Under the pieces are notes generated by a model that made no database searches, was not told the origin of the DNA, and worked only from the letters and a program-made list of their open reading frames with translations. DNA of 42,207 nt, from contig CAVWIG010000022.1 of the NCBI GenBank assembly GCA_963754945.1, forward strand, positions 1 through 42,207, given 5' to 3'. Position numbers and translations under genes: made by a program. The DNA comes from Methanotrichaceae archaeon. Its GTDB lineage: Archaea > Halobacteriota > Methanosarcinia > Methanotrichales > Methanotrichaceae. Shown piece by piece: positions 28,978 through 39,679 of this stretch (positions are counted from its first letter, which is position 1; each line of letters opens with the position of its first letter).

Positions 28978-29206
28978 AATTTTTCAATAATTTTATATAG
29001 CCCACCTTGCGTGGCCTATATTTTTGGAGCTGGTCGAGATCGGTTGACATGCCGTTCATAACTGGTGTCCAAGCGTTCTAAACAACCAGATCTTGTGCCG
29101 CGTCTTGGCATGAAATAATTCCTCAGTCTTTTAACGCCAAAACTGTGGGTTGTCAATAAAAACGAGATCCATCTTGATGATGATCTATCTTTCATGTAAA
29201 AGCAAG

Positions 29207-29292
29207 CGTCCCGACCGGGATTCGAACCCGGGTTGAAGGCTTTCCGCGAACAGCTCCGCAGGCCTTCGGGATGTCCACTACCCCATCGGGAC
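29207..29292 (-). tRNA. tRNA-Arg(GCG) with a 14-nt intron at 37/38 (29242-29255)
   Basis: GTCCCGA acceptor stem, AAGGC-CTGCGG[intron]A-GCCTT anticodon arm, GGTTCGAATCC T-loop. Confidence 0.93.
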
Positions 29293-29321
29293 AACAGGAT
29301 GTCATGATAAGGTTCAGGTAA

Positions 29322-30110
29322 TTAAGCTTGTTGATTCTCAGGACGCCTTCTGGCCTGGGCGGTGCGTATGGCCCGAAGGAAATCGATCTTTCTGAACTCC
29401 GGCCAATAAGGCGCACAGAAGTAGGCGGCGCACTCATTGCCGTTGGCCTGCCAGGGAAGAAAGTTAGAGGTGCGGGCATCTCCACCCGTCCTGATTATGA
29501 GGTCCACCTTGGGAACAGAAGTGTCGTGATGAGGGTACAGATATCTGGCTATCATTTCTTCATCCACATCGTCCGCCTTTAGCTCTCCATCCTCGATCAG
29601 AAAGGCTAAGGCTTTTGCAGCGTCTACTATTTCACACTGCCCACTGTAGGCGACTGCGAGGTTCAGGTACACACTGTCGTATTCCTTAGTGGCCTCTTCA
29701 ACATCTGCAATGACTTCGCGGAGGTCTTGCGGCAGCAGGTCAACCCTGCCGATGGCTCTGACCCTCATCCGGTTGCGATGGGTCTTCTCCGAGCGCAAAA
29801 TCTCCAGAAGCTTCTCTTTTATCAGACCGAAGAGGTACTCTTTCTCCTCAACGCTTCTCTGGAAGTTCTCTATAGAAAACGCATAAAGAGTCAGGTGCTT
29901 TATGCCCAGCTCAAGGCACCAGTCTGAGACCCTGTCCGTTGTCTTGGCACCCATGCTGTGCCCAAGATTGCTTGGGATTCCCATTCGTCGGGCAAAGCGG
30001 CGGTTGCCGTCCTGGATGATTGCAACGTGCTGTACCAGATGGCCCCTGAGGATCTCCCGCTTGAGAATGGTTTCGTACATCGAATAGCATAGGTTGGCCG
30101 GATTAAACAA
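29322..30110 (-). CDS. uppS: cis-prenyltransferase (polyprenyl diphosphate synthase)
   Basis: HVAIIQDGNRRFA, YAFSIENFQR, DLIIRTGG.ARTSNFLPWQ. Confidence 0.96.
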   Translation of the reverse strand: MFNPANLCYSMYETILKREILRGHLVQHVAIIQDGNRRFARRMGIPSNLGHSMGAKTTDRVSDWCLELGIKHLTLYAFSIENFQRSVEEKEYLFGLIKEKLLEILRSEKTHRNRMRVRAIGRVDLLPQDLREVIADVEEATKEYDSVYLNLAVAYSGQCEIVDAAKALAFLIEDGELKADDVDEEMIARYLYPHHDTSVPKVDLIIRTGGDARTSNFLPWQANGNECAAYFCAPYWPEFRKIDFLRAIRTAQARRRPENQQA

Positions 30111-30290
30111 AAATACAACACCTCAGCTTGTTAATAGGCTCGCGAATTCCTATTTAAATTATTCTACCATGTTGCGATATAGACCTGCATTTATACCTGT
30201 ATTAGACTTGTATTAGATCTATAATGTATCTCTCGTGCCTCTCTTCAGGGGCAAGATACAAATAACAGGTGCCAGGTTTGATCAATGGAT

Positions 30291-30364
30291 GGGCCCGTGG
30301 TCTAGCTGGTTATGACATCGCCTTCACACGGCGGGGATCACGCGTTCGAATCGCGTCGGGCCCA
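30291..30364 (+). tRNA. tRNA-Val(CAC)
   Basis: GGGCCCG acceptor stem; TCGCC-TTCACAC-GGCGG anticodon arm; TTCGAAT T-loop. Confidence 0.96.
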
Positions 30365-30531
30365 TAACTATTTTGATCAACACAACCTTTAACTATCATA
30401 CGCAGGTTTTAGTAGGTAAGCGCGGCGAAATTGTTTCGCTTTCTGGAAACCGGGCCTCGGAGGTGCGTTAACATGTCACCGGCAGATGGCAGATGGTTCC
30501 TCAAGAATACGTATTAATCTCAAAAGGTGAT

Positions 30532-30855
30532 ATGCTGAGAAAAAGAGGCCAAGAAGGGGATGGAGAGAACATCATCACGAGGGTTCGCCTCCCCCATAAA
30601 CAGGATAGAGAATTGTTTGGGTATGTCGAGAGCCTACTCGGCTCGAACAGGATAAGGGTCAGAGGTTTGGACGGCGTGACCAGAATGGCCAGGATTCCCG
30701 GCAAGATGAAGAAGCGCATCTGGATCCGGGAGGGTGACGTTGTCATAATCGTGCCGTGGGATTTCCAGACAGAGAAGGCTGACGTGATCTGGAGGTACAC
30801 TGGTCCCCAGGTTGACTGGCTCCAGCGGAAGGGATTCCTTAAAGGGACTGCATGA
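30532..30855 (+). CDS. eif1a: Translation initiation factor aIF-1A
   Basis: LLGSNRIRV..LDG..RMARIPGKMKKRIWIREGDVVIIVPWDFQ; AGGTGA RBS before ATG 30532. Confidence 0.96.
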   Translation: MLRKRGQEGDGENIITRVRLPHKQDRELFGYVESLLGSNRIRVRGLDGVTRMARIPGKMKKRIWIREGDVVIIVPWDFQTEKADVIWRYTGPQVDWLQRKGFLKGTA

Positions 30856-31619
30856 GCAGGGCGACCAGGGAGGAGGATCTTGACACCCGCATCGACCTCC
30901 TCCGGGAAAGGATAAAGGACTCAGACGATCTGAAGGTTAAAGGCGATGTCTTCGATACTCGCACTCTGATGAACCTTTACGCCCTGGCCAGCAAAGGAGT
31001 AATCGATGCCCTGGGCGGAGAAATCAGCACCGGTAAAGAAGCTAATCTCTTTTACGCCATCCGTGACGACCAGAATCTGGCAGTCAAGATATATCGGATC
31101 ACTACCAGCAACTTCCAGGCCATGCAGGATTACATGCACGGAGATCCCAGATTCGGAAACATCAAAGGAACCAAGAGGGCGATCATATCAGCCTGGACCA
31201 GGAAAGAGTTCCGCAACCTGAAAAGGGCCGAGGAAGCGGGAGTCAGAGTTCCGCATCCAATCGTCACAAGGGATAACATCCTCATCATGGAGCTGATAGG
31301 AGAGAGGGACAATCCAGCTCCTCAACTCAAGAATGTGGACCTAGAATTGGAAGAGGCCAGGCGTATCTTTAATAAGCTATCCGATTACATCTCCCTCCTC
31401 TACAACAAGGCCGATCTCGTGCATGCTGACTTCAGTGAGTTCAATGTGCTCTACGATGGAGAGCCTGTAGTGATCGATATGGGTCAGTCGGTGACTCTGG
31501 AGCACCCAATGGCTTCCAAATTCCTGGCTCGCGATGTGACCAACATCGCCCGCTACTTCGAAAAGAAGTACGGCATCGGCTCGGAAGCGGAGATCTGGTC
31601 TAAAGTGAAAGTTCAATAG
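30852..31619 (+). CDS. rio1: RIO1 family serine/threonine kinase
   Basis: ISTGKEANL, AVKIYR, LVHADFSEFNVL, IDMGQSV. Confidence 0.95.
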   Translation: MSRATREEDLDTRIDLLRERIKDSDDLKVKGDVFDTRTLMNLYALASKGVIDALGGEISTGKEANLFYAIRDDQNLAVKIYRITTSNFQAMQDYMHGDPRFGNIKGTKRAIISAWTRKEFRNLKRAEEAGVRVPHPIVTRDNILIMELIGERDNPAPQLKNVDLELEEARRIFNKLSDYISLLYNKADLVHADFSEFNVLYDGEPVVIDMGQSVTLEHPMASKFLARDVTNIARYFEKKYGIGSEAEIWSKVKVQ

Positions 31620-31670
31620 AGTTCAATAAATTTGCACTATAGATTGACAACTTTGATGGAGGAAATATAA

Positions 31671-32213
31671 TTGCACATTAAGATTCCTGAAGAACGTTTA
31701 GGTGTATTGATCGGTCCGGACGGATCCATGAAGAAGTTTATCGAGGAGAAGTCCAAGACCTTGCTTGAGATAGACAGCGAGTCAGGAACTGTCACAGTTG
31801 AATCCTCCGAGGACCCCCTGATGGTCATGAGGGTATCCGATCTTGTTCGCGCCATCGGCCGCGGCTTCTCTCCTGAGAGGGCTCTTGCCATACTTGACGA
31901 CGAGATGCTGATGCTGGACGTTATGGACCTGTCCAAGATGGTCGGAACCAAGAGCGACATGGCTCGTCTGAAAGGACGCATAATCGGAAAGGACGGCAAG
32001 ACCAGGGAGATAATGGAGAAGCTATCCGGCTCGAAGGTCTCGGTCTACGGCAAGACGATCGCCCTTCTCGGATACCCGGAGCAGATCAGGGTGTCCAGGG
32101 CAGCGATTGAGATGCTCCTGGACGGTGCGCCACATGGCAATGTGTACAGCTTCCTGGAGAAGAAGCATCAAGAGCTGGCAAAGGAAGAGCTAAGGGATAA
32201 GAACGCCCTCTAA
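31671..32213 (+). CDS. KH-domain pre-rRNA processing protein (Dim2/Pno1/Krr1)
   Basis: GVLIGPDG, AIGRGFSPERA, KGRIIGKDGKTR; conserved position after RIO1. Confidence 0.93.
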   Translation: MHIKIPEERLGVLIGPDGSMKKFIEEKSKTLLEIDSESGTVTVESSEDPLMVMRVSDLVRAIGRGFSPERALAILDDEMLMLDVMDLSKMVGTKSDMARLKGRIIGKDGKTREIMEKLSGSKVSVYGKTIALLGYPEQIRVSRAAIEMLLDGAPHGNVYSFLEKKHQELAKEELRDKNAL

Positions 32214-32368
32214 GCTCCCGATCTCATCATTTCTTTTTGGTCTTTGCATTAGACACTCAAAAACGTGACCTCACTCCCTTCAGAGATTTCCCGGACGCCC
32301 ATTAGGCGCTATGCCATCGATGCTCCGAGCTTATATACAGCATCTTTCAGAGTACTGCTAGTGCTGTA

Positions 32369-33994
32369 TTGGAGAGACGTGATTTGAGCCTTTTTGCGGA
32401 GTGGACGTCTGACGACTGGCTGTTCATGGGAGTAGCGGCAGGTCTGTACTGGATGCTGGCCATTCTCATAAGCAACAGCAAGGTCATGAAAGACCATGGT
32501 ATAACTACCTGGGGCCCTGTAATTTTCATACGCACCGTCCGTGGCCTGAATCTCTTGGAATGGCTCGCTCGTCCCAAGCGGCTGTGGAGGATGGTAGCAT
32601 CGGCCGGTGTTCCCCTGGTAGTGCTGAGCATGACCTATTTTCTGGTGCTGCTGCTGTTGATGAGCTATCTGATGATCCGCTCGCCTCCCGTTCCCAGCAG
32701 CTATAACGCACCGAGGAACATGCTTCTTATTCCCGGAGTAAACCAGTACATCCCCTTCGTATGGGGATGGATAGCCCTCTTCGTGACCCTGTTAGTCCAC
32801 GAGTTTGCCCACGGCATTCTGGCCAGGGTCGAGGGCATCAAGGTCAAATCAATGGGATTGGCCTTTTTGGCCGCTCCAATAGCTGCTTTTGTCGAGCCGG
32901 ATGATGAGGAGCTGTTTGGGACTGCCCAGAAGCCCGCCATAGCCTCAAGGAGTGCTCGAGTCAGGATCCTCTCGGCTGGTGTTATCTCCAACTTCCTGGT
33001 TGCAGCCATAGCCATAGCCCTTTTCTTCGGCCCTGTCATAGGAGCTATCTCCCCAATGGACAGGGTCGTGGTGGCCGATGTCCAGAATGCCTCTGCCGGC
33101 GACCTTGCAGGATTCAATCTGAACACGATCATCTTGAAAGCTGGCGGCACAGGCGTGGACAACCTGGATCGGCTATATGGGGCACTGGCCAACAGGTCTT
33201 CAGAACTTGTGGTGCTGAAGGACAACAGAGAGTTGACTCTGCCATTGAAGGGTGATCCCGTTCGGGGAATTTTGATAGTCTCCGTCTTTGAGAACTCACC
33301 GGCAGCAAAAGCGGGATTGCCGGCTAAGTTCGTCATCTCGGGAATAGACGGCAGACGAATAGGAAATGTGGAAGACTTCAGAAGCCGAATGAATTCCACA
33401 GTGCCAGGTCAAAACATCACTTTATCGACCAACCACGGCGACTACGTCGTCAAGCTGGCCTCCAAGCCCGATGGCACAAGTCTGATCGGAATCGGGATAG
33501 CCGGCAACGTTGTCTACGATGGCGGCGTCACCTTCCAGGAGTTCCCTGCAAAGCAGCTCCTTTCCGGATTGGGCCAACTGCCTGGACAAGGCGTTAACAC
33601 TTTTCTGACCTTCTTCCTAGCCATGCCCTTTGTCGGCATCGGTGGCCTGACGTCCGGGGGCTTTCAGGGGTTCAGCGGCTGGATTGAGAACTTCTTTGTG
33701 CCCTCAGGTTGGGCAACACCCTTGGGCAGTCATTTCTTCTGGATAGCCAATGCACTGTTCTGGATAGGTTGGATCAACCTCTATGCAGGGCTCTTCAACT
33801 GTCTGCCCGCGGTACCCTTGGACGGCGGGCATATCTTCAGGGATTTGATCCAGGGCGGCCTGGAGAAGGTCGTGAATGTTAAACGGGCTGAGAGGCTGAC
33901 AAAGACTGTTGTTGCCATCTTCGCATGGCTGATCTTCACCTCGCTAATACTCAGCGTGATGGCTCCATACCTGGCTCACGGACTACCCATCTGA
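32369..33994 (+). CDS. Site-2 protease (M50) with PDZ domains
   Basis: HEFAH and NCLPAVPLDGG; multiple TMs; PDZ segments. Confidence 0.95.
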   Translation: MERRDLSLFAEWTSDDWLFMGVAAGLYWMLAILISNSKVMKDHGITTWGPVIFIRTVRGLNLLEWLARPKRLWRMVASAGVPLVVLSMTYFLVLLLLMSYLMIRSPPVPSSYNAPRNMLLIPGVNQYIPFVWGWIALFVTLLVHEFAHGILARVEGIKVKSMGLAFLAAPIAAFVEPDDEELFGTAQKPAIASRSARVRILSAGVISNFLVAAIAIALFFGPVIGAISPMDRVVVADVQNASAGDLAGFNLNTIILKAGGTGVDNLDRLYGALANRSSELVVLKDNRELTLPLKGDPVRGILIVSVFENSPAAKAGLPAKFVISGIDGRRIGNVEDFRSRMNSTVPGQNITLSTNHGDYVVKLASKPDGTSLIGIGIAGNVVYDGGVTFQEFPAKQLLSGLGQLPGQGVNTFLTFFLAMPFVGIGGLTSGGFQGFSGWIENFFVPSGWATPLGSHFFWIANALFWIGWINLYAGLFNCLPAVPLDGGHIFRDLIQGGLEKVVNVKRAERLTKTVVAIFAWLIFTSLILSVMAPYLAHGLPI

Positions 33995-34950
33995 AGGGGA
34001 CCCATCACCTCCAGGAGTCTTGCAACAGCATAGGCAGGAAAGACATCGGAGATGCGCTTACCGTACTTTTCGGAGAGACGAGCGCAGTTCATTCCAAGGC
34101 ACTGGGAGGCTCTGGCGATGATCTTCTCTCCTATTCCTGTGGCTACAATATTGTTTAGATGGTGTTTTGTGGATTGTTTTTCTATGGCTTGAGTTACGAC
34201 CTCCTGTTGGAGATCGACGGTTTGTTGGGCGATGCTCAAAGCGCAGGATTCCCCGATCTCATCCAGGTCGGCACAAACAGTTCTGGCCAGTCTTCGAAGG
34301 GCTGAAGCCCTGTCCTTGCCAAAGCCGTCAGGCGTATCGCATGAGTACTGCTCCGGCAATATCTGACCGGTCACCAGGTAGGCATCGGCGGTTATTGAGA
34401 AGAACTCCGGGGAAAGCTGGACAATGTGCTCATCAAGTCGGGCTGCTCGAAGCAGTGATCCAATGCTCGTCCTGAGCATGCCGGTGTAGACCAGCTCTCC
34501 GTTTACCAGCCGCAAATAGTCGGTCTTAGAAGCAAGCGGGCGATCTCTTATGGGTATGATATCCGTAGTGGTAGAACCCATATCCACGAAGATACAGTCG
34601 CCAAATTCCCTGGCAACCAGGGCAGTAGAGGCAGACCAGTTCGCCGCGGCCAGCTCTATGGGATCGCGCCAGTCGAACCCGTTCACGCCCCAGAAATATA
34701 TTGGACAGCGAAAAGCCTTCTCCACGACGGCCTTGATGGAAGTGATTCCTTCTGTCTTACTCCTGTAGCAGTCGGCCAGCTCGCCGGTTATCACAACGCC
34801 CACACACTCCGGGTCCTTTTCTGCCAATCTATGTAGGATCTCGCCTAAGGGAGCATCGCGCCACAAAGGGAGGTATACGGACTCCGCCAGAGAGCCGTCT
34901 GCGCTGGCCGCTTTTGTGTTGGCTCCTCCGATGTCCAGGCCCAGGATCAT
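33976..34950 (-). CDS. mfnF: Hydantoinase/oxoprolinase-like methanofuran biosynthesis protein
   Basis: ILGLDIGGANTK, TGELADC, AAANW, DMGSTTTDIIP, RLARTVCAD. Confidence 0.85.
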   Translation of the reverse strand: MILGLDIGGANTKAASADGSLAESVYLPLWRDAPLGEILHRLAEKDPECVGVVITGELADCYRSKTEGITSIKAVVEKAFRCPIYFWGVNGFDWRDPIELAAANWSASTALVAREFGDCIFVDMGSTTTDIIPIRDRPLASKTDYLRLVNGELVYTGMLRTSIGSLLRAARLDEHIVQLSPEFFSITADAYLVTGQILPEQYSCDTPDGFGKDRASALRRLARTVCADLDEIGESCALSIAQQTVDLQQEVVTQAIEKQSTKHHLNNIVATGIGEKIIARASQCLGMNCARLSEKYGKRISDVFPAYAVARLLEVMGPLQMGSP

Positions 34951-35032
34951 TGGTCCTTTGAGATTGGCCGAACCATAAAAGCTTTAGGTCTGAAGCATAT
35001 TCAGTTAGCACCATCTTTTGGAGATTACGATC

Positions 35033-36124
35033 ATGGCGGCCAAGGAGAAGTACGTCGAACCCACATACCTCGAATGCGGATTCGGAGAGCTGGAGCACAA
35101 AGTCATAACCCCCGAGATATGCTGCAAATGCGGCACCTGCGAGGCGTTCTGTCCCAAGATCGAGCACAAGGAGAACAGGCCCGCGCTGACGGAGTACGAT
35201 CCTCTTTGCGGGCTATGTTTTGCCTACTGTCCCCGGACCTTCCTGGACATGCCCGATATCGAGTCCAAGGTCTTCGGCAGGGCAAGATCAGAGGATGAAG
35301 CCCTGGGAATTTACACAAAAGCAGTCTCCGCCCAGGCAAGCCCGGTTCAAGGCAAGGTCCAGGACGGTGGCGTTGCGACAGCCCTTCTTGTTCACGCCCT
35401 TAAGAGCGGCATGATCGATTGTGCTGTTGTCACCGACAGGGATGAGCAGTGGAGGACTGTGCCAAAAGTGGCAACCACAGCCGAAGAGATCCTGGCAGCA
35501 GCGGGCACCAAGTACACCATCTCGAACAGCGTCCTTGGAATAAAGGAGGCCATAGCGAAGGGCTTCTCTAAGATCGGGTTTGTCGGTACCCCCTGCCAGA
35601 TTCAGGCTCTACGCAAGGTCAAGACGCTTGAAGAGCCCTACGAGTTCGGCCAGGAGAAGATAGCCGTGCTGGTGGGTTTGTTCTGCATGGAGAACTTCGA
35701 CTATGATACGCTGATGGATGGTCTGGTCAAGGCCAAGTTCGGGCTTGAACCAAACGACGTGGCTCGATTCGAGATCAAGAAGGGCATGTTCCGGGTGATC
35801 GATAAAGAAGGCTTGGCCCATGAGGTGAAGATCGAGGAGACTGACGCGTTCACCTTCAAGGGCTGCGGTCCGTGCTTCGACTTTGCCTCAGAGCTGGCCG
35901 ACATCTCCGTGGGAAGCGTTGGCTCCGGCGAAGGCTGGTCCACTGTTCTGACCCGCACTGATGTAGGCGAGAGGCTCTATGCTTCTGCTCTGGCCGCTGG
36001 AGCGGTGCAGGAGAAGGCCATTTCCGAGAAAGGATTGGCTCTGGCCAAGCGGTTGGCGGCAAACAAGGGCAAGCGATTTGAGAGCTGCTCAAGCGAGCTG
36101 AACGTTACGGGAATAAAACGCTAG
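35033..36124 (+). CDS. Coenzyme F420 hydrogenase/dehydrogenase beta-subunit family (FrhB/FpoF-like) with ferredoxin
   Basis: CCKCGTCEAFCP, QDGGVATALL, VGTPCQ, GLFCMENF, ADISVGSVG. Confidence 0.9.
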   Translation: MAAKEKYVEPTYLECGFGELEHKVITPEICCKCGTCEAFCPKIEHKENRPALTEYDPLCGLCFAYCPRTFLDMPDIESKVFGRARSEDEALGIYTKAVSAQASPVQGKVQDGGVATALLVHALKSGMIDCAVVTDRDEQWRTVPKVATTAEEILAAAGTKYTISNSVLGIKEAIAKGFSKIGFVGTPCQIQALRKVKTLEEPYEFGQEKIAVLVGLFCMENFDYDTLMDGLVKAKFGLEPNDVARFEIKKGMFRVIDKEGLAHEVKIEETDAFTFKGCGPCFDFASELADISVGSVGSGEGWSTVLTRTDVGERLYASALAAGAVQEKAISEKGLALAKRLAANKGKRFESCSSELNVTGIKR

Positions 36125-36160
36125 AAGAGTTAGAGCGTTAAAGCGTTATCGGACTTGAAT

Positions 36161-37336
36161 ATGTTATCTGTCGGACTGGCTGGAAAGCCTAACTCTGGAA
36201 AATCCACCTTTTTCAAGGCAGCGACACTGGTGGATGTGGCAATCGCCAACTATCCTTTTACCACCATCGATGCCAACCACGGCGTCTCATACGTCCGGGT
36301 AAAGTGTCCTTGCAAGGAGCTGGGCATAGCTGAGGGATGCGGCAAGTGCAGGGACGGCATTCGGTTCGTCCCCATCGAGCTGATCGACGTAGCCGGACTG
36401 GTACCCGATGCCCACCTGGGAAAGGGCCTGGGCAACGAGTTCCTGGACAGCCTGAGGGTGGCGGAGGCCGTCATTCACGTCCTGGACGCCTCTGGCTCCA
36501 CAGACTCAGAGGGCAACCCAATCGGCCTAGGGAACCATGATCCCGTTGGCGATGTCAAGTTCCTGGAGTACGAGATTGGGATGTGGCTCTACGGCATCCT
36601 CAATAGGAACTGGTCCAAGCTGATGAGGAACTACGGAGCCATGGGCGGCAAGCCCGAGCAGATAATGATTGACCAGATGGGCGGAGCCGGAGTTATGGAT
36701 AACCACATCCGCCGAGCCCTGACGGAGATGAAGACCGATCCGCTCAGTTGGGATGAAGATGAGGTGAAGAAGTTCGCAGGCCTGCTGCGGGAGTACAGCA
36801 AGCCCATGATAATTGCTGCCAACAAAGCGGACATAGCTCCAAAAGAGTTCATGGACAAGCTTCTGGCCATGAAGGATGAGACTGTCATCCCTGTCAGCGG
36901 TTCCGCTGAGATTGCGCTACGCATGGCAGAGAAGGCCGGATTGATCAAGTACAATCCGGGCGACAAGGACTTCGAGATCAAGGGCCAGCTTTCCAAGGCC
37001 CAGGAAGCTGGTCTCGAGAAGATCAGGACGCTCATGAAGCAGTTCGGCGGCACGGGTGTTCAGGATTGCCTCAACCGGGCGGTCTTTGATCTGTTGGACT
37101 ACATCGTTCTCTACCCCGTGGAGGACGAGAGCAAGTTCACGGACAAGAACGGCGTCATCCTTCCGGATGCTTTTCTCATGAAAAAGGGGAGCACGGCGCA
37201 CGATCTGGCGTTCCGCGTCCATTCGGACATCGGGGAAAGCTTCCTCTTCGCCATCGACGCCAAGAGCAAGAAGAGGCTGGGCGAGAAGTACGAGCTGAAG
37301 GACGGCGACGTGATAAAGATAGTGTCGACAAAGTAA
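36161..37336 (+). CDS. ychF: OBG-family YchF ATPase/GTPase with TGS domain
   Basis: GKPNSGKST, YPFTT, DVAGL, NKAD; C-terminal TGS. Confidence 0.93.
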   Translation: MLSVGLAGKPNSGKSTFFKAATLVDVAIANYPFTTIDANHGVSYVRVKCPCKELGIAEGCGKCRDGIRFVPIELIDVAGLVPDAHLGKGLGNEFLDSLRVAEAVIHVLDASGSTDSEGNPIGLGNHDPVGDVKFLEYEIGMWLYGILNRNWSKLMRNYGAMGGKPEQIMIDQMGGAGVMDNHIRRALTEMKTDPLSWDEDEVKKFAGLLREYSKPMIIAANKADIAPKEFMDKLLAMKDETVIPVSGSAEIALRMAEKAGLIKYNPGDKDFEIKGQLSKAQEAGLEKIRTLMKQFGGTGVQDCLNRAVFDLLDYIVLYPVEDESKFTDKNGVILPDAFLMKKGSTAHDLAFRVHSDIGESFLFAIDAKSKKRLGEKYELKDGDVIKIVSTK

Positions 37337-38852
37337 GCAACCAATTATCCGACCTTTTACGACTAATTTTTCTATTAATTTCAAAAAATTGAAGTACGAG
37401 AAGTAGGTATTCAATAGAGAATATGATATTGAGGGATTGGGAGATTTGGTATTCCTATTCAACATATTTCCTTGAAGAAATTAATGACCTAGGGTCCGTC
37501 GCAAAATCTTTGATTCAAAGCGATTTATGTGCAGTAGTCTTTTCTTCATACCACGGCGTTATTTGGTGGAAAGATGATGAAGAAATCAAAGAATCAAAAC
37601 TTGATGCAAAACCTGATAAAACGGGAAATGGATTCAAAGTAATTTTTCCAAAAGGCATCGCTGGTTATGCTAGGGAAGAGTTTATCAGGCCATCAATATG
37701 TCCTTTTACGAAACAAAAATATTTGACAAGAAATATCTCTATGAAATGGATTATATAAGAGGATATCTTGAGCCATGTTACCTTAAAAATGATGAGTATA
37801 ATTTACATATTTATCCACAAATAAAGATTTATTCAAGTGGTCCTGTCGATATATCCTTTAGAATATTTGCTCCTGGGAACGATCATCCGATAGATATCGA
37901 ACCATTCATTAAGAATTTCGTTAATTTATATGATATTTGTTTTGAGACTGTCGAGGTCCCTCCTTCGTTGATGCGCTTATTCACAAGATCTTCAATCTTG
38001 GGCCGTTCAAAAACTATAACCGACAGGTATAAATCGATTAAACTTGTTAAAAAATTCTATAAATATATAAATCCGCTTGGTCGGACAATTAAAGAAGAGA
38101 GTTTTACTTTTAGAGCAATATCACTCGACATCATAGGAGAGAGTGGGCCCAATCCGATAAAGAAGCTACAATTTTTATGGACTATTATCAAGACGTCCCT
38201 AGATTATGTTATTAATCAATCAAGTGCCGACCTTATATACACAATGAAAGGCATGAATAAGGAAAAATATAATCTAAGTAATCGCTGGGTTGGTAGGCCA
38301 AGCATATATATACTTGAATTTGATGAGCAGCCCGAAACCAGTCAGGATGTAGTAAAATATTTTGGAAAGGATCTAGGCAAAATATTGTCCAGAATTTCTG
38401 GATCAAGTTATCAATACTTCGACGAATTTTTGGAACCAAATCTACGTGCACTAGATGATTATAGTGTTTACATAAATGAAGCTTTAACTTTATGGGTCTA
38501 TAGCAAGAAAGGATTGAAGATTTGGGGAGACGAGAAAGAACCTAATCATGGCAAATTAGTCTATGAAAAGCAAATTCAGGCCGAATCCATTAATTATCTG
38601 AATATTAGACATTGGCAGCAAGTGGAGAATTCTTCAACAAAGCCTGTTAAAAATGAATCAATTTTAGATAAGAGAGCAAATATATTAGACCTTTTTGATA
38701 TTTCAAGAAAAGTTGGTCAGGCGGGTGAGATTGATAGGTTTCATGAATTTGCGGGAGAAAAATTAAAATGGTCTGAAATGCGTAAGCAAGCTGAAGAAAA
38801 TATAAGGTTAATAGCTGAAGTAAGCGACGAAAATTTTAGAAAATTCGGTCAA

Positions 38853-39544
38853 GTGAAACGGCGGCGGCGCACCCGCGCAGCAAGCTGCGGGGCATCCAAG
38901 GCGCCGCCGCATGAAAGTGGAACCAGGTTAGGCTGATCCAAACCTAAGTTGAATATGCATGCCCTTTATCCCCGATGCAAGCAGTGGGGCGTGTTAGTGT
39001 CGTTTGTAATCAGCTGAAATCCAACAACTTCATTTGTTTATGCCCTTCCTTTTCTTCAGGGCTTCCCTGTGATTAAACATAATTGCGTATTGTGTCCGCC
39101 ATCACGCCATCCCCTACCGTTCCGATGTATCCTCCGTCACTCCAAAATTCGCCGCCCCAAAGCTGTTTCCTTACTTCGGGGAATTTCTTAAAAAACGCTC
39201 TCGCTGTTATGCTTTTTACTATTTGCATCACTCTTGAAGGCGAATATCTCGGCGCAGCTCCAACAAAAATATGAACATGGTCTCCATCGGTTCCTATGGC
39301 ATCAAAATCGAACCAGTATCTTTCACCGATTTCAGAACAAATAGATTTGATATAATTGATACGATCATTATCTAGAAGCAGCTTTTTTCTATATTTTAAG
39401 CTGAAAACCATGTGATATCGAATTTTATAAGTACAATGGCTTGCATTTCTTACCTCAATCATCAATATGCACGATATGCAATCTTCCTTAAGTCGGTTTC
39501 CTGACCATCCCAACCGCAGCAAGCTGCGGGGTATTCATTTTAAA
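38853..39544 (-). mobile_element. IS200/IS605 element, tnpA only
   Basis: Subterminal hairpins CGCAGCAAGCTGCG at both ends; inserted 3' of TTAT on the minus strand without TSD; right end finishes TTCAC. Confidence 0.88.
39010..39462 (-). pseudogene. tnpA: IS200 Y1 transposase TnpA with a premature stop
   Basis: YHMVFSLKYR, DHVH (HUH), FWSDG; RNYV*SQG stop at 39073-39075 removes the Q of YxxxQ. Confidence 0.88.
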
Positions 39545-39561
39545 ATAATATCGGTAATATT

Positions 39562-39679
39562 TGCTGTGTTGCGTAACTCAAGGCCATGATGCTGGCAGAT
39601 GTCGATTTTGCTCATTTTACATATCATTACTGATATGCCACGATGCATATCGGTTTTAGCAGAGTTATTCAACACAGCA
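39562..39679. mobile_element. MITE copy 2 (118 bp), inverted relative to copy 1
   Basis: Reverse complement of 22527-22644 with one mismatch seen; 8-bp TSD GTAATATT at 39554-39561 and 39680-39687. Confidence 0.92.

Noticed and set aside
30180-30224. Four imperfect 11-bp tandem repeats (TAGACCTGTAT-like) between uppS and tRNA-Val
   Set aside because: Degenerate and short; no function can be assigned
23454-37465. Many antisense and alternate-frame ORFs (e.g. 23454-23978, 26186-26695, 32701-33399, 36631-37053)
   Set aside because: Shadows of well-supported genes in GC-rich coding DNA
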